The notes below the pieces were generated by a model, which was not told where the DNA came from, searched no databases, and saw nothing but the letters and a program-made list of their open reading frames with translations. This document shows, piece by piece, positions 28,001 through 37,000 of a stretch of DNA of 64,000 bases. Where the stretch lies: IMG/VR virus record IMGVR_UViG_3300042934_000822, positions 16,909 to 80,908 of that record. The stretch is one strand, 5' to 3'. The translations under genes and the position numbers were made by a program. The DNA comes from a virus. Numbering within the stretch: the stretch's first letter is position 1; every line of letters starts with the position of its first letter.

Positions 28001-31000
28001 GTTCAACGACTGGCCGTAGGTGCCCGAGGTCAGCAGGGTGTTGAGGTCGACATTCGAACCCAGTGCCGTCGGTGAACTCGATACGTTGATCGAGCTGATG
28101 CCGAACCCTACGGACGCCAGAGCCGCTAACACGTCGTCGGACGTGGCCACACGGGCCCAGTTCTTCCATTTGCCTGAGGCCTGGCCACGGTAGTAGGTCG
28201 TGTTGGTATCACGATCCATCATGTACTGGCCCTGGGAGGCATCGCCCGCTTTGATATGGATGATCAAAGGGCTGTACACGTCGCAGGTGGTCGCGCCGCT
28301 CGGCCAGGTGCCCGGGGTGGTCGAGCGGGTGGCGGTATAGAACCCAGTGGCGCTCAGGTCATCGATGCTCTTGTCGACCAGATTGATGGTCGTCGTGCCC
28401 AGGCCAAAGTCACCAACCTTGAGCATGCGCCCGGCAGTCGTATCGTCCCGAGAAGTCGTTTTCTCCAGGTTGTCGCTGGTCCAGGACTGGGTCCAGTTGC
28501 CCCACTTGCCGCCTGTGTACCGGCGCTGCCAGTAGGCGCCACCCTGCAGCAGCTGCTGCTGAATGGTGTCCTTGTTCCAGGTGGAGACGATGAGCATGGC
28601 GCCATGGCCTGCACCTGCCGGCGTGTTGGTCGCCGGATCCTGCACGCGGTAGAACCCTGTCAGCACCGCCTCATTCACGTCGGTGATCACCGGTGCCAGC
28701 ACAGACGTGCCGGTGCCCAGGCCGAAGTCACCGGTGCGCAACATGCGGCCGCTGGTGCTGTCGAGCGAGTTCTCCGTCTTGATCAGGTTCCGGTCGGTCC
28801 AGGACTCGGTCCAGTCGGACCAGGCCGTATCAGCGGCCGTGCCGGTGTAGGTCCGGTTCCAGACGCGCGGCACGCCGTCCGTGGAATAGAACGTCTGCAT
28901 GACCCGCCCGAACGATCCGGCGAAGTTGTTGCGGCCGTTGACCACCAGCACACCATAGCTGGCAGGCTTTTTACCGGCAGTGTTGGCGCCGATCGCATAC
29001 CAGCCGTTGGCCAGGCTCTGGTCGTCAATGTTGGCCTCGTAGGCCATGGTCTTGGCGCCGAGCCCGAAGTCGCCCACCTTGACGATCTCGGTCCACGCAC
29101 TCCAGACGCCCGTCGCTCCAACCTTCTTGCGGATCCACAGGTCTGCGGTGGCAATGCCAGCTATCGAGGCGTACTGAACCACGCTGTTGTTGTATGCCTG
29201 GACCAGAAGCCAGACCGGAGTATTGGCGACCGGGCTGTTCTTGTAGGTGGTGTCGAGCCGGTAAAAGCCGGCAACGGTCGCGTCATTGGCGTCTGTTACC
29301 GACAGCTGCGCGCCCAGGCCGTAGTCACCTACGCGTACCAGCCGGCCGGCGGTGGTATCGGTCGTGCTCAGAGCCTTCTGAGCGTTCTGGCCGGTCCAGA
29401 CCTCGACCCAGTCAGACCACGACGACGTCGAGGCCTTGTAGGCCCGCTTCCACTCACGCGGGAAACCGGCGTCGGTCTCGATGAATGTCTGGGTGATACG
29501 TGCTGAGGCGCCTGTCTGGTTCTTGCGGCCAACGACCTGCAGGATGCCCCACGTATTCGGCTTGCTGCCCGTCGTCTGGCTGTTGACGGCATAGGTGCCG
29601 TTGGGGAGAGCCACATCATCCACGTTGTTGACGATGTTGTTGGTCGCCAGGTCGAGCGAGCCGGTACCGAAGTCGCCTACCTGCAGCATGCGGCCCAGGG
29701 TGCTATCGCTGTTGTTGGCAGTCTTGACCAGGTTGTTGCCGTTCCACAGCTCGACCCATGGCGTCCAGATCCTGGCCCCGGTGGTGCCGTTGCAAGCACG
29801 CTGGAACATGCGTGGCGAGCTTTGCGGCATGAAAATCTGCTGGACCCAGTTCTTGGCGTTGGCCATCACGATGACCTTGCCAGCACCCGTACCAGGCGGG
29901 ACGTTGGCGGCCTTGTTCGAGGCCATGTAGAAGCCAGTGGCGTTCAGGGCATCGAGGTCAGTTGTAACGTCGACAAGGTCAGTGGCGCCAAGGCCAAAGT
30001 CGCCTACACGCAAGACACGGCCGATCGTCGTGTCACTCTCCGACGTGGTCAACGTGGCCAGCGCGGCATCGCCCAGTTCCAGAGCCGTCCGAGCGCTCTC
30101 AGCGGTCTTGCCGATCACCAGCTGGTTGCCGTCGTGGAAAAGCTCCACCGAGGCCCATTCGTTCTTGAGCTTGCGGCGCAGCCACATGCGGTTGCTGACG
30201 TGGCTGGTTACCAGCTGCGACGCGGAATCTGTGGTGTCGCCCGTCAGGTGGACAACCTCGCCAGACTCACCGTTGGCCGGTCGGCCGACAGTCGAAGGCC
30301 CCCAGCCATAGCTGCCACTGGCGGTCAGCGTGTTGATGTTGGCGGTGGCGTTCAGCACCGTGGCGCCGGCGCCGAACGAACCAGGAATCAGGAGGGTGCC
30401 CGGCGTGGTGTCGTACAGCGAGGCCTGGATGCGGGCGCTGATGCCCTCGTGCAGGCGCAACGGACTCACCCAGCGATCCGCCGCGGTGGTGTTCTTGTCT
30501 TTCACCTGAGCTGCGGTGGAGGCGAAGTCCTGGTACTCGCGCTTGGTGTAGGTATCAGCCACCGCGAAGGTGCTGAGCGCCACGATGGTGACTACCGTCC
30601 CGACGACGATGCCGGCGGCGCTGGCGGCGGTCAGGGTCACGTTCTGCCCATCAGCTGCGGTAAAGCCGTTCTGGGGCAGTTTGCTCCCGCCAACGAACAC
30701 CATCACGCTACCCGGCGTGTACACGCCTTTGAAGGCGGTCTGCTTGGCCGTCGTCGCGGCCGTCGGGTACTCGATGTAGAACTGGCCACCGCCCACGCCG
30801 CCGTTGAGCTGGAAGCGCGTGCCGTCGTAGATCACGTCGTAGACGGAGTCAGCCTTGAGGTCGCTGGGGATCAGGGCGTTGCCGCCACTCTTGACCACCT
30901 GCTTGACGCCCAGGCCGTTGATGTTGATCGTCACGGCGCCTGTGTTGCCGTAGGAGGCCTTGAACCGGAACTGCTGCCCCGGGCGGTAGGCATTCAGGAC

Positions 31001-31597
31001 GATCTCACTGGACATGGTCAGCAAGATGGCATTGGCTGAGCCACCAACGGTTTCAGCCCACAGGTCGGCCTGGGCGTCTGGGAACAGGGAGTGCTTGACG
31101 TAGTCGGGGTGGGCGTTGGATGCCCCTTCATGGGCCGCGAGTGCCGCCAGGGCCTCGCTTTCCTTGGGATCGATCTGGACGGTGATGGTGGCGGCCGGTA
31201 CCGAGGACAGCACCAGGTCGTTGAAGTGAACGGCAGCAACGCCATCGGTCTTGACGAAGGCCGGCTTGCCGGCGGCCGTCGACCACACGAACACCAAGAT
31301 GTTGTTGGACCAGTAACCGATCTCGGTGATGGGGATGCCGTTCTCGCCACCGCCGATATTCTCGCGCCAGGCGGCCAGCATGCGCAGCTGGGTAGGCGTG
31401 GGCCGAGTGCCGCCCGCCAACGTTACCTTGGCGCTCACAGGCGTCTTGAGCGCCACCTCTTTGCCGGTTGGGGCGTACTTGCCGGTACCGAACGATACGT
31501 GCGTCAGGTTCAGCGATACGCCTTGATTCGAGCTGGAAAGAGCCAGCTCCTGCCCCGCTGCTGTGAGCGTGGGATTTACGATTACCGGATCAGCCAT
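25010..31597 (-). CDS. Long tail fibre protein (2195 aa) with about 12 tandem knob-like modules and a C-terminal tail-collar domain
   Basis: Repeated DTTxGRMLKVGDFGLG; collar motif PPAGYLVRDGSAVSRTAY...LF..IGTRFGAGDGSTTFNLPD; ends NVAFLPCIKY. Confidence 0.92.
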   Translation of the reverse strand: MADPVIVNPTLTAAGQELALSSSNQGVSLNLTHVSFGTGKYAPTGKEVALKTPVSAKVTLAGGTRPTPTQLRMLAAWRENIGGGENGIPITEIGYWSNNILVFVWSTAAGKPAFVKTDGVAAVHFNDLVLSSVPAATITVQIDPKESEALAALAAHEGASNAHPDYVKHSLFPDAQADLWAETVGGSANAILLTMSSEIVLNAYRPGQQFRFKASYGNTGAVTININGLGVKQVVKSGGNALIPSDLKADSVYDVIYDGTRFQLNGGVGGGQFYIEYPTAATTAKQTAFKGVYTPGSVMVFVGGSKLPQNGFTAADGQNVTLTAASAAGIVVGTVVTIVALSTFAVADTYTKREYQDFASTAAQVKDKNTTAADRWVSPLRLHEGISARIQASLYDTTPGTLLIPGSFGAGATVLNATANINTLTASGSYGWGPSTVGRPANGESGEVVHLTGDTTDSASQLVTSHVSNRMWLRRKLKNEWASVELFHDGNQLVIGKTAESARTALELGDAALATLTTSESDTTIGRVLRVGDFGLGATDLVDVTTDLDALNATGFYMASNKAANVPPGTGAGKVIVMANAKNWVQQIFMPQSSPRMFQRACNGTTGARIWTPWVELWNGNNLVKTANNSDSTLGRMLQVGDFGTGSLDLATNNIVNNVDDVALPNGTYAVNSQTTGSKPNTWGILQVVGRKNQTGASARITQTFIETDAGFPREWKRAYKASTSSWSDWVEVWTGQNAQKALSTTDTTAGRLVRVGDYGLGAQLSVTDANDATVAGFYRLDTTYKNSPVANTPVWLLVQAYNNSVVQYASIAGIATADLWIRKKVGATGVWSAWTEIVKVGDFGLGAKTMAYEANIDDQSLANGWYAIGANTAGKKPASYGVLVVNGRNNFAGSFGRVMQTFYSTDGVPRVWNRTYTGTAADTAWSDWTESWTDRNLIKTENSLDSTSGRMLRTGDFGLGTGTSVLAPVITDVNEAVLTGFYRVQDPATNTPAGAGHGAMLIVSTWNKDTIQQQLLQGGAYWQRRYTGGKWGNWTQSWTSDNLEKTTSRDDTTAGRMLKVGDFGLGTTTINLVDKSIDDLSATGFYTATRSTTPGTWPSGATTCDVYSPLIIHIKAGDASQGQYMMDRDTNTTYYRGQASGKWKNWARVATSDDVLAALASVGFGISSINVSSSPTALGSNVDLNTLLTSGTYGQSLNANTSFDLNYPVLKAGTLFVQTGGGAITTQIYQEYNTSRIWSRARYNSSWSTWAFSWDSATLIKTDSRTDSTPGRMLQVGDFGLGGNAQPSGNANTISTSGFYYLQGTAANTPVKAFGLLVHANVDATGAAQTFFTTSGGRVFTRSLSTSGWSDWVESWHSGNLEKTASRDDTTAGRMLKVGDFGLGAGAISLEGRSVDDIPASGFYMGVRGKTPGTWPSGATTCDMYSPIIIHVVLDGASQGQYLMDRDGNATWYRGRASSSWKPWKRSATSDEVVDALTAVGMGIKGSANAIPSGSNLNNYVTSGSFGQALNAYASLDLNYPLAKAGTLFVQNGASGITTQMYQEFSNGRMWNRARYNSEWSPWSMCWDTDTLVKTNGDLDSTPGRMLKVGDYGLGILRPQKVAFTSESDWSKPAGWSGFIDLNGTKANGVTIPVSVAGTSPSYGMWQILGRRDAQDGYTGIFSDYGSGRMWIGYQSIGANPIIFKEIFSEISVSSFAQTLLDDNSQAAALQTLGVGTFVNGITTKNVAGNKTVTLSEAEANVGVLWFTGALTGNIDVIVPTGQNRWTVFNRTSGNYTLRLKNSGGVGQYIEQGYQADIVNDGTNLNFGANNFPYAQVNGELIVSSTDGLRLVDTNKKYGTIWRNDGATLYLLLTALGDAFGAWSAKRPLSVSLVSGMLSFSEGANVAAPPARDSSTRVPSSGWVQSEIDYNTRRFTGVGIGASGNYSVSANDTGRWINMTGVGSTATLPSSGSIGNGLVFTFRNQSSGVVKITHSGGTIQQETGVAGSTLNLQYNEWVEIASSGTNYWVIDRGKLEEVVSVSQLGDRVGEVTHFATPTPPAGYLVRDGSAVSRTAYKPLFEKIGTRFGAGDGSTTFNLPDSRGSFDRGFDDGRGLDVDRVFGSTQESANVEHTHRSTAAVNGSHTHTTTLIRERIESGRVASGGNAVMGDEVGDGYQSWTSSASGAHNHVITVYPSGEADGRPHNVAFLPCIKY

Positions 31598-31625
31598 GGT
31601 GCCCCCAATTTGTAGATTGGGGGAA

Positions 31626-31667
31626 ATGCTACGGACCGAAAAACGCCCTATTTCCGGGCACTTTGCG
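31626..31667 (-). promoter_or_regulatory. Putative late promoter of the tail fibre operon
   Basis: CGCAAA-N30-TAGCAT on the minus strand. Confidence 0.65.
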
Positions 31668-31672
31668 CCGTT

Positions 31673-32284
31673 TTAGCGTCCTGGGCGGATGGTGGTCGAG
31701 AGTCTGGCCACGGTGACCGAACGCCCCGGTAGCGCAACGCTGTAACCCAGCGTGATGGTCTTGGCGATGCGAAGCTCGAGGACGAACTTGGCTGCTACGG
31801 CCGTGCGGCTGGCGCGCAGGATTCGTTCCGGCACGATGGGCGTCTCGATATCCACACGCAGCCGACTGGTCAGGTAGTAGTCATCGAGCTTGCCGCCGAT
31901 ATCGGCGATCTCGCCCTGGCTCAGGCAATCGGTGGGGTATTTGCCGTCCTTGTGGCACCACAGCTGCGTGATGGTATAGACCGGACCGAACAGGGTGCTG
32001 AGGTACGCGCCCAGGAACGCGGTACCGCGCTGAGGGTTGTTGTAGCGCCAGGCATGGAACAGGTAGCGGATCTGGTCCACCGTCGTCGTGCGCAGCACCG
32101 CCAGCCCGTCGTTGGAGACGTACCGCTCGATGATGCCGATCGAACCCAGGTGCGGCATGCCGTAGAGCGCCAGCTCGTTCACGCTGGGGGCCACGCGCTC
32201 GCGATACAGCTGCAGGAACAGGGCTTTGAACTCAGCTTCGACGTCGTCAGCAACGGCGCTGCGCTGCAGCGGGATCAGCTCCAT
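31673..32284 (-). CDS. Baseplate wedge protein (gpI-like position)
   Basis: Lies between the J-like gene and the fibre; RGTAFLGAYLSTLFG motif. Confidence 0.6.
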   Translation of the reverse strand: MELIPLQRSAVADDVEAEFKALFLQLYRERVAPSVNELALYGMPHLGSIGIIERYVSNDGLAVLRTTTVDQIRYLFHAWRYNNPQRGTAFLGAYLSTLFGPVYTITQLWCHKDGKYPTDCLSQGEIADIGGKLDDYYLTSRLRVDIETPIVPERILRASRTAVAAKFVLELRIAKTITLGYSVALPGRSVTVARLSTTIRPGR

Positions 32285-33687
32285 TACTCGGCCTCCTCCG
32301 TGACTACCTGCAGGCTGGCTTCGGTGATGTACCGGTGGTGCTCAGGCAGTACCTTGGGGATTTGGTTGGTGATGGAGTTGATCACCAGGTTGCCGAGCCG
32401 TGGGTTGAGCGCCTCCACCTTGTCCCGCAGCAGGTCGTAAATGTCCTTCTCCAGCATCCTGGCCTCGCCGCGCTGGGACCACGCGGACTTTTTGCCGTAT
32501 TTGTCGAGCATCAGCGTACGAACCTGCTCTTTCACGGCCGCGCCGTCGTACACCGAGGTGATGTACAGCGTGAGCTTGACCGACACGATCGAGGGGACGA
32601 CGTCACGCCGCCGGTAGCGCAGGCTGCTGTCGGCACGGCGGATGATCTCCTCGATGCGTTTGTGCAGGGTGTCGTCGTCCCCGCTGCCCTTGGTCGCTGC
32701 CACGAAAATGGAGTTGATGTTGGCGTAGCTGGGTCCGCGCGCCTCCTCCTCACGGGCTTCATTCCACACGCTGAGGAACATCACCGGAGCCACCTTCTTG
32801 CGTACCAGGAAGTCGAAGTTGGACTGGAAAACGGCGTTCTCGCCGTAGATGGCCGGGTACGAACCGATCTCGCGCATGGTGTTGATATCCATAGGGTCCG
32901 CACCCGGCTGGCTGACCTTGGCCAGCTCCATGACCATCTGCGACTCCAGGTTGCCCACGTTGGCGCCAGCGTAGCGGAAGGCAAACTTCATGCCCTGGGA
33001 CAGGACGAGTTCGCCCTCGGTGTCCTCGACCCGAATCTTGATGCTCTCGCCAATAGCTGGCTGGTAGCCCGATAGGTTCTGGATGCCGAACTGCACGCTG
33101 ATCACGCTGCTGGCGTCGCACTTGATGTTGAACACCTTGTCGCCGGCCAGCGTGTTGGCAAAGTCGTTGGACAGTTCGAAGTCGGTCACCGCCACGCTGG
33201 TGATATGGCCAACCTCGGCCGCCGGGATCTCCACGCTGTAGAACGGCATCGACTTGCTCACAGAGTGCGCCAGCGTGCGGGTTTTGACCTGCTTGGCGAT
33301 CATGGTGCCGACCTGGCCAGCCAGCAGCGTGACGCCGCCGGTGACGATCCAATAGCGCCCCTGTTGGTCGATCAGCTCACGGCCGGCAATGACCCGCATC
33401 GTCGTGTTGGACCCATTGGTCACGGTGATGGTGGCGATCGTTGGCGTGGCAAAAGGAAGGATGCCCTTCACAGCGCCATCGGCGCGCACGGTGACGTCCC
33501 GGGCTTTGGTGAAGGGCTCGGCACCGGTCACGTCGACCTGCGTGCTCAGCATGGCCAACATCGCGGCATCCGACCCGATCATTTGCATGATCATGGGGTC
33601 GCCGATCGCATAGCGAGCCGCGATCGTTGGGTAGTCCGCAATGGCGTTTACCGCCGCCTGGATGAACTGGTCTTTAGTAACTGCCAC
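32284..33687 (-). CDS. Baseplate J/gp6-like wedge protein (P1 BplA-like)
   Basis: 467 aa; EPFTKARD, SVQFG...GYQP, PGADP...AVFQSNFDFLVR, similar to baseplate wedge proteins. Confidence 0.7.
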   Translation of the reverse strand: MAVTKDQFIQAAVNAIADYPTIAARYAIGDPMIMQMIGSDAAMLAMLSTQVDVTGAEPFTKARDVTVRADGAVKGILPFATPTIATITVTNGSNTTMRVIAGRELIDQQGRYWIVTGGVTLLAGQVGTMIAKQVKTRTLAHSVSKSMPFYSVEIPAAEVGHITSVAVTDFELSNDFANTLAGDKVFNIKCDASSVISVQFGIQNLSGYQPAIGESIKIRVEDTEGELVLSQGMKFAFRYAGANVGNLESQMVMELAKVSQPGADPMDINTMREIGSYPAIYGENAVFQSNFDFLVRKKVAPVMFLSVWNEAREEEARGPSYANINSIFVAATKGSGDDDTLHKRIEEIIRRADSSLRYRRRDVVPSIVSVKLTLYITSVYDGAAVKEQVRTLMLDKYGKKSAWSQRGEARMLEKDIYDLLRDKVEALNPRLGNLVINSITNQIPKVLPEHHRYITEASLQVVTEEAE

Positions 33688-34006
33688 GGTCGACCTCTCC
33701 TACGAGGGAATCAACGCTGATAGAGCTGCCGTTGATGTTGATGAACAGGTTTCGTTGGTCGATGCCGTCGTCGGTGGCTTCCAGGCTGATCGTGCCGGGC
33801 GGCAAGGCCGCCAGAACGGGAATGTCGACCTTCATCTTGGCCAGGAAGGCGTCGGCGATCGGCGAACTGAGCGGCTTTTGCAGCCAATCATCGAGCGGCG
33901 CGCCGTAGGGGGACCCCAGGTAACTTTTGGGCTTCGTCCGCAGCCAGTGGGCGATCATTCGAAACAGCAGGTCCACGTTGAAAACATCATTTGCCATGTC
34001 AGTCAT
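33674..34006 (-). CDS. Baseplate gp25/W-like protein
   Basis: WLRTKPKSYLGSPYG motif; small gene preceding the J-like gene. Confidence 0.6.
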   Translation of the reverse strand: MTDMANDVFNVDLLFRMIAHWLRTKPKSYLGSPYGAPLDDWLQKPLSSPIADAFLAKMKVDIPVLAALPPGTISLEATDDGIDQRNLFININGSSISVDSLVGEVDRGSY

Positions 34007-34035
34007 AGGCCACCAGAAACGGTTTGTTGACTGAA

Positions 34036-34077
34036 ATGGTGCCAAAGAAAAACCGCCACATTGCGTGGCGGTTTGCG
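34036..34077 (-). promoter_or_regulatory. Putative late promoter of the baseplate operon
   Basis: CGCAAA-N30-CACCAT on the minus strand; overlaps an aaaccgccac/gtggcggttt hairpin that may also act as a terminator. Confidence 0.6.
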
Positions 34078-34081
34078 TGAC

Positions 34082-37000
34082 TCACAGGCTGCGAGCAGTG
34101 CCGCCCATGCCAATCCCACCCGTTGCAGCGTGCGCGATGGCACGGTCGCTGATGTTCTGGCTCAGCGGCGCCAGGACCTGACCTGCCGGCGCTGCTGGCG
34201 TCTTACTCGGCGCTGGCATCGGCTTGGCCACTTGGGGCGTTGCCGGGATCCGCGCATGCGAGGCATCCGGCGCCGGCGCGCTGTAGCTTGGCACCTTGAT
34301 CGGCGGCACCGCGGCTGGGGCGGAACCACTGACCATGGCTGGCGCACGCGCCTGCACGCTGGCAGGGTTGGCCGCCGGCGTCACAGGCGCCAGCGATACC
34401 GGCGTCATAGGCATCATCCCCAGCGGCATGCTGCTGCCTTTGGCGGCAACCTGCAGCGGCGTTGGCCCTGCCATCACGCCCATCCCGGCGAGCATCGACC
34501 CACCTGGTGCGCCGGTGGTGCTGCCGGCGTTGAGAGCACCAGGCGCGGCAGGAGTGGCTGCCATGGCGCCAGGACTTCCTGGAACGCTGACCGGGGTCTT
34601 TACCAGCGGAGTGGCCAGGGCCTCGAGCGACAGCGCCGCCCCGACCTTGGGCGCAGCGGCGCCGTTCTTCTGGCCGGCCGCTGCGAGAACGCCGACCGGT
34701 CCTGCTGCAGCGCCAGCAGGTTGCCCCTTCACCTTGGCCAGGGTGCTGCCGATCGCGCCCATGGCAGTCTTGGGCGCCGCCACGCGCACGTCGTCAGCCT
34801 TGCGGGTAGGCGTCAGGTCGCCAGCATTGGCCTGGGCCAGGTACCCTTCGTATTTGGCTTCGACGTCGCTCCAGCCATTGGTGCCTCCGTTGGTACGCCT
34901 GCGCGCGCCCTTGATATCCCCCCGTGTTGCAAGCTCGTTGGCGCCGGAATCCTTCCAGTGCTGGACCGCGATCTGTGCCGAGTACCTGGGGTCGCTGGCC
35001 AGCTCGGGGTTGTTGACCAGGTCGATGCCCAGCTTCTGGCCCATCCGCTCGTATTGGTCACGCCCGGTCAGCTGAATGTCGCCACGACCCCTGTACTTGA
35101 ACCCATCACCAGGATCCTTGTTGCCCATGCGGCCGCCGTATACGCGATTCGCGATCGCCTCAGGGTTGCCGGCATCGGCCCGGGCGGTCTCGGCGTCCTT
35201 GTAGTACTTGGGGAAGACCTCCTGCAGGCGCTTGGCGCTGTAGTTGAGGTTCTCGCCCTTCGCCTTGAAGCCTCCCGACTCATGGTCCACGTTGGCCATG
35301 AGCGCCGCCTTGGATTTCTCATCGGTGATGCCGCCGGCGTCCATGGCCTTGATCAGCTCATCCTTGCGGGCGTTGGAGCCGCCCGTGTACCGGCCGCCGC
35401 TGATCTTGTACAGCGCGTTCTGCTTGACGTCCTGGATCGAGGCGCGCTTTTCGTTGATGTAGTCGCGTGCGGTATAGGCCTTGTCCTGTACGGTGTCCTT
35501 GGCACTCCTGTAGGTCGATACGACCTTCTCTCTTGCCTCGGTGAACGTCTCGACCAGCTTGTCTTTGACGTTGTAGTAGGCGTCGGCGACCTTGCCCCAC
35601 GACTCTTTCGCCCAGTCGGCCATGCCGCTGATCATGCTCGAGCCGGCCGCTACCACGCTGCTCCAACCGTCCTTGACAGCTGTGAACGAGTCGCTGGCCA
35701 TCTTGAAGGCGCCATCGGCTACGGTGGTCCAGGCGCTCGAGATATCGGCCATCATACCGGTCATGTCGACCGTGCTCAGCCACTCGCCCACCGCCGTGCC
35801 CAGCTGGTCACCCAGCATGTTGCCGACGATCGCACCAGCAGGGCCGCCAACCATCCCCAGCGCGCCCCCCAATACGCCGCCAGCCAGGCCGCCCATGGCA
35901 CCCCAGCGATCGGCCTTCTGTGCACGCTGCTCCTCAGGTGTTGCGTTCGGGTCATCCTTGGCCATAGCTGCTTGCGCAAAGAGGCCGGCACCGAGCACAG
36001 CGCCCAGAACCGGTATCTTGGTCAGTAGCTTCTTGCCCACCTTGCCTGCGCCGCGCGCCGCGCGCGCCGCCTTGGAGGCTCTCGACGGTGCGCCCGCCTC
36101 CTCACCCAGGCCTGCGCGGGTTGCGCGCCCGCTGCCCTCGGCAACGACCTCTGCAGGTGCTGTTCGGCCTGCACGTCGGCTTCGAATGGCAGCGCGTTTT
36201 TCCTTGGCCCTGGCTGCATCTGGACTGCTGGCCGTGCCGGAGCCGGCGCTCGAAGCCGCTGTCCGGCTTGAGGTGCTGCCAGGCCTGGTGCTGGTGCGCG
36301 ATTCGAAACGGCCGGTCTCCCGGTTACGGGTGATGTGCCGCGCTTCGGCCGCTCGCCGCCCCCGCCTGTCGATCGCTTGCCGGCGTGCATTCGCGCCCTG
36401 GCCACGCCGGCCTCCATCAGCACCGCGAGTCCCCCGTCGGCCTCGGCCACCACGATCGCCACGGCCACGCAGGCCGCCCAGCCCTTTGGCCAGCCCACCA
36501 AGAGCACCCAACGCCTTGAGCATACCTGTCATGCGGGCAAGCGCGCGCAACGGCGACAGCAGCATCCCCAGCATCGACAGCAGCCCCGTCAGCACCAGGC
36601 CCATGCCACGGCCGCCACTCTTCTTGTTGCCCTCGCGCAATTCGCCCCAGATCCGGCGGTACCAGACTACGGCCTGGCGCTGGCGCTTGTCCTCAGGCGT
36701 GCGCCCCATCCCGAACAGGCGACCGAGCGGCTTCACTGCGCCCACGACTGGCGAGACGATCCCCCCCAGTTCCTTGGCCGCCGTTACTGCAGGATCGACG
36801 TTGTCAGCACCATGGCTCAAGCCATCGGCCACGCTCTTGAGCGACTCGGAGGCCGCCCCCATGGCCTTGGAGGTGCGCGTTTCGCTAGAGCCTGCGTCTT
36901 CCCGGTCCCCCGAACCGAAGCGTCCATCTGCCCCGCGCCGGCGCTGAGCGGAATGCCCCGCCTCTGGGGCTTCCTGGTCGGCGCCAGCACGTTCAAACCG

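Noticed and set aside
25010-31597. Diversity-generating retroelement or invertible segment acting on the fibre
   Set aside because: No reverse transcriptase or invertase in the window; the internal duplicates differ at all base types, not only adenines.
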